Made by a program: the position numbers and the translations under genes | The notes under the pieces: model-generated | The model's input: the letters and a program-made list of their open reading frames with translations, nothing else | What the model was told of the DNA's origin: nothing | The model's database searches: none | NCBI GenBank assembly: GCA_973895155.1 | Contig: OZ316894.1 | Span: 18,328,805 to 18,392,804, forward strand | Length of the DNA stretch: 64,000 nt | Origin: Marsupella aquatica | Lineage: Eukaryota; Plantae; Marchantiophyta | Direction of reading: 5' to 3' | In this document: positions 39,721 to 49,774 of the stretch, one piece after another | How the letters are laid out: each line of letters begins with the position of its first letter | Position numbering within the stretch: the stretch's first letter is position 1

Positions 39721-40953
39721 GCACAGGTATTGAGCTAGTTTATAATAATGACACAAATGAACATTACATTTTATCTCATTGCGGACTGAAACAGAGTTGA
39801 GTTGTTGACGATGATGATGGAAAAGGACATGATTGATCGGGAGACAAAAATGGAGGCAAAGGTGTAATGAAGTGGGAACCCTGAAGTTTAAACCCATTTA
39901 CACTGGAGGGGAATTTTTACCGACCATTATAGAGGGACTCAGATGTTTGGCTGGGATCTTTATCCAAATGTATCCACCTTGATGGGTTCCCATACCATAG
40001 TCGGCATTAGGTTCGCCGTGAAAATAATTAAATCCAGAAAATTGGACGGCCAGCGCACAAATTCGTGACTGCATACGCGTCAGGCCGGGAAATTATTTTT
40101 TACAGTCCGTGAAACAGTTCAATCTTTTTTTTACCAGTCCCGTTTCACCCACTTTTACTGGGAATTATTAAAATGTGGGACTCATTCGGCCCGGGTACTC
40201 TTGGACATTTTTTCCCGTCATTGAAACACGCGACATGAAATTTCGCACCATTTACGATCGCGATGTGCAAGGTAATTCACGGAGCACACATTCATGGCTC
40301 ACAGGAAGACATTCATGATTCACATGCCCACATGTAGACAAATCCAATGTTCATGGAGAATGCAGGAGTGTTATTCAGATGTTGAAAGCCAAATCATCCA
40401 CAAGCGGATGGAGGCCTACTTCATTGACAAATTCAATGAATCGTGGAAGATTCAATCTGAACAAAATTTGACAAAATCACAAAATTGAGTGTGGACACAC
40501 TTAAAGAAGAGCATACAGGCAAAACGCCCTTAAGTGCCTTCGAGCTTCTATCGATAAAGTTACTACGGCTCATCAACTACACTATAAACTACTTGGAATA
40601 CTCTAATCTCTCTAAACTACTTAGAACGCTGCGGTCGTTTGGCAAGCGTACGTTTTGGTTCGCGGGGCTCGTCCATAGCGCCGTCTAATACTCGCCCGAG
40701 CTTCTTCAAGCATCGCAGCCTCCTCCCGTTGTAAATCTTGGGGGGGGTTAACTTAGTGTATATTTTGGGGTACCACGTGCGATCCTAGCCTAATATAATC
40801 ACACCTATTTTATAATGGGAATATTCCAAAAATATTCTCTCTTTTCAATATTAATGACCTATTTTACTTTATAAAAGGTATATATAAGAGAATATTCTAC
40901 AAATATGAGTTTATAATACCTTCTTTTGCTTCCTACGCTTTTTAAAAATTTAG

Positions 40954-41598
40954 CTAATTTATACGAAAAACACCTATTTTGGATCGCACGTGGTTCTTAA
41001 GATTTTTAATAGTCAACCCCCCGAGTTGTAAACTCATGTCAAAGTTTGTCAAAGCATTGTCGACGACGCGACAAACATGTGTGCCAACTTCATCTTGTAC
41101 AGCAGCGTTGGCGCGAGGTGATTCCGCATTGTCGGGAGGAGGCGTTGCCTCCCTTCGCGATTGGTTGGGCGGACGGTTATCTGAAGTGAAATGCTTCGGA
41201 TCCAAGTCGTATTGGTCCTGTGGAATGGATGAAAGTTGGAAGAAAATGTCGGCAGGAACCTGCACTGCAATTGCATACACATTCACTCCAACACATTTGA
41301 ACAGAAGCTCCTTGCCAAAGCAAGTCCTAAAAGCCTCCTTTGATGCGTTGGTCCAATTGCTAACATTGGTGCAATAGAGTGTTTGATAATGCATACGTTG
41401 GGGTCCATGAGCTGGACTTGAAGGATCCTCGGGCTTGGGCGAGAAGAGTGACTCGCACAACATTGTATCATAGTTCACAGGACATGGCAGCAAGCAAGAA
41501 TGGTTGTAGTCCACCGGTGTCAAGCTTGAATCCGCGTTCGACATGGAGCTCCTTACACAAGTCCCACACAATGAATCAAAAACAATCCCCAAATCCAC
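40954..41598 (-). CDS. Accessory ORF/exon of unknown function inside the pogo element
   Basis: 214-codon open frame inside the TIRs, same strand as the transposase; candidate splice donor at 40973 and AG/GT-bounded segments at about 41820-41866 and 42083-42175. Confidence 0.4.
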   Translation of the reverse strand: MDLGIVFDSLCGTCVRSSMSNADSSLTPVDYNHSCLLPCPVNYDTMLCESLFSPKPEDPSSPAHGPQRMHYQTLYCTNVSNWTNASKEAFRTCFGKELLFKCVGVNVYAIAVQVPADIFFQLSSIPQDQYDLDPKHFTSDNRPPNQSRREATPPPDNAESPRANAAVQDEVGTHVCRVVDNALTNFDMSLQLGGLTIKNLKNHVRSKIGVFRIN

Positions 41599-42263
41599 AC
41601 AAAAGGAGCTACGGCGCCAGAGCGAAGTCGATTAGGCACAATGCAAGACACCAGAATGAGTTAGTCCTACCAAGCAAGCCAAACTTTATCCCGAATCCAG
41701 TAAAATCGACCCATTGTGTCTTCAGTGCCGATTACGCTCCTCACACTTCGTCATTAAGACATTTCGAGACGACACAAGCAAAGTTTGTACTGGCCAAAGT
41801 AAATCAAGAATGTATGTACCTCCAAGTGGGTGGAGATGTTGACGTCTAACGTCCAATTTCGCTCCCTGCAAGTGTACTTGATTGGCACTTGTGGGATTCA
41901 AACCCAGACTATTAGCCTCAACTCCAATTAGTCATTCATTGAGCACATACAAGGAGAAAAAAACCTCCGAAATCCTTCAGTTAATCTTGCATTCCAAAAT
42001 GTCTCCTTGCGGACGAACTACAGGACTACAGAATACAAACGGCAAGTGCTAATCTGTAACTAACTACCGCAAACAATTTAACCCAAGCCTCCTGACCATC
42101 CCCAAACAAAATTGTGCCGTCTAGATTGGCATCACAATCCAAGCTGCAAGAGCTTGAGCCCTTTCTCTCAGGTGTCTGCATATGAAGTTGTAGCATAGGG
42201 ATCCGTAAGGTATGTTTGAAAGTCTATAGGACCACTATTAACGACCTATGTGAAATCAAACAA

Positions 42264-44132
42264 TCAATCATCCGAGATGTCACCGATCATCGCTAACTCG
42301 TTCAAATCCGGTAAGCGTGTACCACCACCACAACTCTCAACAACTTGGTTCAAATCCAAGTCTCCATCCCACTCCTGCATGAGTAGAGCTCCAGGACACG
42401 GTTTTGGCTCCAAAGAGGTGTCTCCTCTGGCAGTCCAATTGTTAAACAACTGGCCTCCCTCCTGAACACTGAAAGCTTCCTCCTGAAACTCTGCAGTCCA
42501 AGCTCGCAACAAGCCACACTTGGTCCATCCTTTCAACAACATATCATTCAAAGCAAAAATATCTGTAAATGCTTTGTACAAAAATTCCACTGCTTCCACT
42601 CGCAATGTGCATATTGCCAAGTCCAATCTGGATGACTGAGGGATGATCCCAGATGAGAATTGATTTGCTATCATCCTGGTGGCCCACACATGGTATTGCT
42701 TTTGAAAAGCGGCCTTCAAAGGCCTCTGAACAATCACGTCACATGGCTGGAATTTCGAAGTAGTTCCAGCTGGGACAAATAGCAAAGAAATGCAAGGGTG
42801 ATTAGTGGTCAAGAAAGCTTTGAAGTCTGCCAATCTGTGCACACTCCAACAGTCAATCAACAGTACCATTTTCTGCTTGCCCACCACTCGGCCTTGCTCC
42901 CTACACACCTTCACATACCAGGGGCGCAAAATCTCATCTACCCAATCCTTGGAAGTCTTCAAGTTGCTCCAATGATTCTGAGATTGTGTCAGCATCCATC
43001 CCAAGTGCCTCACGAGGATAGAAGTTGTGCAACTTGGCACAACATTCTTTGTTTTGCCCTCAAAAATCAGCTGCATTGGCAACATATGTCCACTTGCTGT
43101 TACTGCCAGAACACAGGTGATGGACCGCTTGTCATCCCTTCTTGTCACAGAAATCTCTTGTGCTCCTCTCATTGAGTACGTCCTCTCCCCTGCACATGGT
43201 ACTAGCGAAATGCCTGTTTGATCCATGTTCACAACCAACTCAGGTGGGATGTTATGTGCCTTCACTAGGTACGCTAACCTCAAAGCTAGAGTATTTCCTT
43301 GCTCCTTCCAGTCTAAAGGAAGCTTTGATGCATTGGTAGTACTAGCTCTAAATGTCCAATTCATGACCTTACGCAAGTACCTTGTCACATATGTTCGGCT
43401 GCAAGCAAAAGGACCTCCATTCTCAAGCAATACTTCGGGTGCCTTGGACATGAGAAACCCCTTCAGCAGAATCTGGGTTGTGATAGAATTCACAACTTGT
43501 CCTTTCTCGCGTTGATGCCTTAGGAGAGCCCACCACTCATCCTCCAACTCCTCCCTTCCCCTCCAAAGACTCACTCAATGTCCAAGTTGAATTGAACGAT
43601 CGTTGGTGGGTGCCCCACTTGCGTGAATTGCATAAATAGCAAGCCTCGTGTTGGTTTTGAATGTCCTCCCGTCAACTAAAAACCATCCTCTCAAGGTGGA
43701 CTCATTCAACCTGTCAAACAGACCAGGCCCTGTTGTAGTCGAAGGATGTCTTCGACGTAGGTGATGAATCGTGGCTGCTGGACTATACTTATAGTGCTTC
43801 AAAGCATTGTCAATGTGCGGCCAACACTCGAAGGTAAACCAATTGGTGTACCTTGCAGCTCTCCCCCTTTTTCGGCATGATGAATTAGCTGAGGATTCGC
43901 TGGAGTCCCCCACAAGACTTCCCTGTGTGGGCTCCATGTCTTCTGGAGCAGGCAACACAGTTGCCTTTCGAGGCCTGCCAACTCGTCTCTTTGTCAACTC
44001 TTGCGCAGCAACAAGCTCGGCTTGTAGAACTTTCGACCGCAACGCTGTCTCGGCCAATGTCGCTGCCTCTCTCTCCATCCTTGACATGTACTCGTCCGAT
44101 GAAATGAATGGAAAACCGAGAGAAGAAGCCAT
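42264..44132 (-). pseudogene. pogo-family DDE_1 transposase (DD37D) interrupted by a single in-frame TGA at 43575-43577
   Basis: ORFs 43575-44159 and 42264-43574 are adjacent and in the same frame. Motifs: AT-hook KRRVGRPRK, HTH-like LNESTLRGWF, CENP-B-like region, and catalytic NMDQTG, LLIDCWSVH and FQPCDV, with 37 residues between the second and third Asp. Confidence 0.9.
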
Positions 44133-44794
44133 CAGAACTTGGAGTCTTCGTTGTCGCACCCCTCCGGGTCAATGATTGATGGTGGTTGGGGCACATCTTC
44201 AGAAAGAGGTGGATCCACACTCAGCCTCCCCCAATCAGACGAGTGCTCGTAATGCTCAGGCTCAACAACGAGTCGCTCCACCTGAAGAGGGGGTACAAGT
44301 TCTGTACTGCAAGAATGTTGGCCTAGATCGACGTCAATTCTCTCCGGGCTTGGATACAACTCAGTTCTCTAATAGGTCCTCTGTTGATAGGGCCCGCTTG
44401 CAAAATCAATGAGAAATTGATGGAAGGCCCTCTCAGAATCCTCACTGATCTCGTCTGGAACACTACACTCAGTCTCAGAGGAAGAGATCTCTAGAATTTC
44501 AGTCTCGATCGCCTGAGAGAGAACTTGATTACTTCCGTGGCTTCTCGAGTGCACTTCAGACGGGCCACCGACCTTTCAATTGGGCCCGTTCTGCTTCAAG
44601 CACTGGGCAGAGGGTGAGAGCTTGGGCCTCAAGCAATTGCACCTCTTGCGCTTCTCCCGAATGGCAAAGTCTAATCCAATATGGGACCGACTGACTAATT
44701 TGCATATACACCAAAATTGTGCCCAATCGGGATTCTCCCTCTCAAATAGACAATCGGGGCATGTACAGGAACCAAGAATATTGGATGCAGACAT
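44132..44794 (-). pseudogene. Upstream Cys-rich/acidic ORF of the pogo element, ~220 codons with two in-frame stops
   Basis: Track ORFs 44576-44854, 44369-44554 and 44132-44359 share one frame. MSASNILGSCTCPDCLFE..WCICK..KRKRCNC is followed by an acidic tail; its stop overlaps the transposase ATG (TGATG, 44130-44134). Confidence 0.55.
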
Positions 44795-46514
44795 CAAACA
44801 ACCAGTGGAGAGGTAGTAGAAAAGGCTGAAGCTGTCGTGACATACAACGAACACTAGATAGAGAGGGCAGAAGCTCTAAAGTTCCAATTACAACATGACC
44901 AGCAGTATGCAATGCTTGGGGAATTGAGCACCCACTTCGAGCAATTTCTATGTTTAGAATGCGTGATAGATATCGAGAAGGTAAGTCACCACAATCACTA
45001 CTTATACAAAGCCGGCCATCACAAATCCATGCAAGGTTTGAGGCAGCACTTACTCCCGCTTCTTTTCCTCGCCATCTTGCAGCCCTTCCCTCCATAGCTG
45101 CTAATTCAATTACAAATCCCCTCACGCTTGCATTCAATCAGAATTCGGCACTCAATCAGTGAACAGCTGTCAACATTCACATATGCGAAAGAGAGCTTGC
45201 ACTTCAAGAATGTGAAAGAAATACAAGTTCAGTAACTACCTACGTTTCAATTCATGCGGATGCACTTACCTTGTCCAATATGAACGCTGTTTCCTCAGAT
45301 GCCTGTAACGTATAACAAGAAAGATTGTACACTACAATGTACCTAGAAAGAAGAGAGTAATGGAGCTACGAATCAAACATGCAAGCACTTATGGGACTTC
45401 AAATTGTAAGCGGCACACTAAAGGGCTGGATACAGTCGTAAACACATGATTCTATGATTCTATGAAGGTCTTCAACTCCTGCCTCAGCTCCAAATTCAAC
45501 CGATTCACATCGACGATCAAAATGAGCAGCCCTGACAATCGCGAACCTTCCATTCGGCAACAATCTCACTCCCGCCGCTCGCGAAATCTCCAAACAAACC
45601 CTATCAACGCGCCAAACCACGAAAGCTCCAAGGAATCCATCGCTGCCGCGAACACAACATTCATCGGTCCCTCTACCGTGAACACGAAGAGAAACCTAGA
45701 TGGCGCCGCGAACAAAGGGTTTAGGGCAGGCAAACGTGAAAACACTGATATATCGATACTAGGATCATCGACGGCTGGGAAAAAATCGCCCATAGGATCG
45801 CGGCAGGTGGAAACGCCTGAAAAATAATGTTTCGCGGTCGGTGACAGCGAACCTAATGACGACTACGGTAATCTTCTTTGCATGATAGGAAAGATCTTTA
45901 ACTCTAAATCCATTTGTACACGAAAGACTTACAGTAATTAGAATACATGTTCATGTAGATCTCATTGAAGCTTAACAATCCTATCCTAGCAAAGGATTTG
46001 GATTCGAAACATGTGTGAGTAGAATATTTTAATTTAGAAAGGAATTCTGTTACTGGAAAAAGAGGGCAGAAATAAATTATATACAGAAAATTGTAAAAAA
46101 GCCAAGAGTCCAACAAAGGGGCCCAGAGCCCTTTTCCACGTACAGCTGTGCCCATATTAGCAGGGGCGCTACGTGTCTCAACGAGAGTAGCAGAAAATCT
46201 TTCCCCGTTTTGGGGATCAGCTGCACTTTTGGGTGCAAAGTCGATCAGGGTTTCCGCCTGGCTTTATGTGTCTTACTCAGAACATCAAAGGTAGGACCCA
46301 TTCTTGAACGTTGGGTTACGCCTTAAAAATTTACGCTGCCATACCAACGTCCGTGAAAAGCCCCCAAAACAACCTTGCACCTAGGGCCCAACCAAATCTA
46401 AGCACTTTATCTAGCTATGGAATCTAATCTGAACATCTGAACAGTATGCAATCTACTGTAGCTCTTTCCTTTTCATGGTTTATGAAATGAAATATAATGA
46501 AATGTCATTATGGA

Positions 46515-47291
46515 GGGAATTCCTGGTGGTCTATTGATGGTAATGACAGTTTTCGCTAACTATGGGATGGGATAGACCATAAAGTGCCACTCTGTGCTGT
46601 CTCCATGCCCAACCCATCAAAGGAATTTTTTTGCTTTCCTCAGAACATTTTGGATTCATTTTAGTAACTTAGATCCATCAGGTTTTGCATCGTGAGGTTA
46701 TAAGAGTACTTAATATCAACAAGTGTGCAATGCACAGGCATTGGGCTAGACCAAGAGTAAACATTGGCAAAGGTCTTGCAATGCAGTACACCATATATGA
46801 ATTCGTGGATTAGTGGGGCAGTTCATGTAGTCCTCTAATATTACACATTTTTCCTTTGTGAATATACCCCAAAATTGCAGTTTTACAGTTGCAGCTTGAC
46901 ACTCACTAAAAGACACGTACTGCGTTTCAGTGTATAAGTGCATACATGCATTTATCCATTATTGTAGCACACACAGAAGAAACATTGATTGGAAAGTACC
47001 TCCTATATCGCAATAAAGTAAATTTATGCACTTATCCAGTGAATCCTGCGATAAGATGCCTTGGTAGGAGTAGTGTGTGACTTGACACAGCATTTGGAGA
47101 AGTGCATAAATGATTTATTCTGCACTTATTATCACACACTTTAGTGTTAGGGACATCACCCCATGCAACTGCACAATGCAATTGTTAAGCATCTTCCTTG
47201 TATTGAGTCTGCAAATACTTTGTCCACTATGAAAAATTTATATTACCATCCATACAAGATATTACCATCCATAGACCACCAGGTGTATCCC
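46515..47291. mobile_element. MITE-like element with ~30-bp TIRs
   Basis: gggaattcctggtggtctattgatggtaat ... attaccatccatagaccaccaggtgtatccc; internal and adjacent ataagtgcata/tgcacttat motifs, also seen at 63959-63985. No clear TSD. Confidence 0.6.
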
Positions 47292-48628
47292 AACATTACC
47301 GTAGTGCATACCTTGGATAAGTGCATAAATCATTTATAGAGCACTTGCCACATAGTACATACCGTGCATAAGTGCAGCACTTAGGTACGGTAGACTATAC
47401 CACGCCTATGGCAGTATCGTCAATCTGGGCGGTACCCCCGGTTTCCCCAGGCCGACACCGTACTTTGTATTGAAGGACCCGGATCGCGTGCGAGGTCCTG
47501 GACGCATACTATCGACGACCACGATCCACGATGACGTCGCCTCCTCTCACGATGACCTTCGGATCAACTCGATCCGGGGGGCCTTTACGCCGGTCCTGAT
47601 CACCGAAGCTGCCGTAAATAAGGTACGCACTTCCCAGTCCAGATGGCCGACGGAAAACGAGAAGGACGGAAGTGGTCGGGATGTTCCGAAGATGGACGGA
47701 AAAAGGAGGTCCTGTACTTCGAACGGATTATGCCGAACTTTATGAAACGAACGCCGACGACGAATTTCTCTTTCTTTAATTCTCTCATTCACATGTCTGA
47801 TTCTGAGCCAAAAGAAGATTGCGTTGCTTTTCAGGATCCTGCTGAATTGTGCTTTCTTCATTCTGTCCTCTGTACGAAAAGAAGCGGCGAAAATTTTGCC
47901 GAGAGTAAGATTGCGTTGCTTTTCGGCATGTCGTCGAAGTGTTAATCGGTCCTGTGCTTTGGCTGATGAGGATTGTGTTTTGTGTGAGTTTGGATTTCGG
48001 AAGGAACTCGGAACATGACGATTTCTCGCACCGCATATGTACAGAAGATTTGAGGACGGAGGAGCTGGTGAGGCTTTTTGACTTCGGCGGAGTAGTTTGA
48101 AGAACAGAGGAGGAGAAGTTAGCGAAGAAAGAAGATGTGCTGCTTGAGCGAGCGATGAAAAGTTCGTGCTGCCAGTGTCTGAAGAGCTTAGGAGCATTGG
48201 GAGATTGGAAAATGAGAAGCTTGATTGATTGATTGATCGCGATGTCAAGATCTTACGACTGGCGGAATGTTTGGACCTGTAGCTTGTGCTGTTATTTGTG
48301 GTATGGGGGTGGATGGCATGAATGAATGACTTTTAATGAATCCGAAGGTAAAATCTGAGTTTGCTCGCTCGCTCGCTCGTTAGCTGCTCTCTGGCTGGCT
48401 GGCAGCGACTTGCTTCCATATCAGGCGGCTGCAAAAAATGATGCCTTGTGAGCATCTGGTGTGAACAGAGAGATATGCGCTTGGTCTGCAACATCAGAAA
48501 AACGTGGAGAGTACAGGCAGGCGCAGGAAGGAAAGAGTTGCATACAATCTTTTGTGACATCCTCCCTCTCCGGAAGAGAAGGGGAGATCCGGACGCGTGC
48601 ATCCTCTGCAAGTCTGCAATATGCCCCC

Positions 48629-49774
48629 ATGCCTCGCAGTCTCCACTCACCTCAGAGCGGACCTGGGAGCCCTGGTATGGAAGGTGCGAGTTCTGCAAGG
48701 CGAAGGGAGCGAAACGATGATGGGGTAGGGAGGAATAGACAGTCGCTGACAGTTCCAATTTGCAAAGATTTTGTTCGAGGACGATGCTCGCGACCGCACG
48801 TGGATTGCCGATTTGCCAATCCTCCTCGCAGTGTTTGCCTCGAAGGGTCAGATTACATTCTTTTCCACTTGTCTTCTTCGTGAAATTTAGAATGTCCTCG
48901 CGATTCATGCGTAAGGGCATTGTGGACGATACTCGAAATTGATCAGCCTCTTCTAAATGTCCATAAGGAGTCTCTTGAGGTCTCCAATTCGCGCCATGTT
49001 ACCTGGTGCTATGGCTCGATGAAGGTAATTTGTCCTTCCTCGTGGTTGTTGTGGTTATCGTAAGAACAAGGGTTTGACCCTGTCTTTTCGCTTCTCAGGT
49101 TGTTAACATGTCCATAGATCTTGTTCCAGGGCTGATAAATTCAGGAGTGTGCGAGTTTTATGGCTGCTTTTCTCGTTCTTTTGTAGTTTCGACCAGCAGT
49201 CAATTCGATTGTCCTGGGTACTGCCTGAGCTATGGTGAAGTTTTCTCGATTGGAATAAATTCTATTTCTAGCTAAATTGGAGTTGAAGGATCCAGACGAG
49301 AGCTTTGCACTTTCCTTTCACAATATTTCTTGTTCTCCGAGCAAGTTTTACCGTCCATGGACAAGAACTCAACCTCAAGTAGTCAGTCGTTTAGAATTGG
49401 ATAATGTCTACATCTCGTGAAATTTTGCGGGAGCTGGCTTGAATGAGTGTCGTCGCGTCATTTTTGCCTACTTTCAAATTCTGTTGATTGGCTTTAAGAT
49501 TCAGAGTCAGGCCTTACTGATGTTTTGAAATGAGAAGCTCGAATCAGTCCGGTTTTAAAGACGACCGTGGACTGCTTCACGTCGAGGTGTCCGGTCCTTC
49601 AAATTAGACATTATTCATCCCTGTACTACAATAGTCGATGCAGAAGCTGAGCGTGCAACCTCAACAAATCAATTAGCCCGACAACTTCTCCCTATTGTAC
49701 AGCAGGAGGGCAACTCAACGCAAGCTCTTGAACAGTTCAACGCAGCCAGCTCCCAGCCCTTCTTGCCCTTCTGA
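48629..49774 (+). pseudogene. Muscleblind-type tandem CCCH zinc-finger gene, apparently degenerate
   Basis: SLTVPICKDFVRGRCSRPHVDCRFANPP..EG (donor at 48847), then HVTWCYGSMK|gt (48995-49024) and a decayed RGVRSFKLDIIHP (about 49580-49620), follow the MBNL pattern LEVCREFQRGxCSR..CKFAHP..VxACFDSLKGRCxR..CKYLHP. The Zn-ligand His is Asn and no in-phase AG precedes the second piece. Confidence 0.55.

Larger units (their letters stand above)
39995..45868 (-). mobile_element. Full-length pogo-type (IS630-Tc1-mariner group) DNA transposon, 5874 bp
   Basis: Left end ta|ccatagtcggcattaggttcgccgt; right end reverse complement ta|ccgtagtcgtcattaggttcgctgt (25-bp TIR, 3 mismatches); TA target-site duplication; contains a DDE_1 transposase. 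Confidence 0.93.

Noticed and set aside
47547-48248. 233-aa minus-strand ORF and overlapping short ORFs
   Set aside because: Non-ATG start, low complexity and no motifs; the region looks like the leader of the plus-strand zinc-finger locus.
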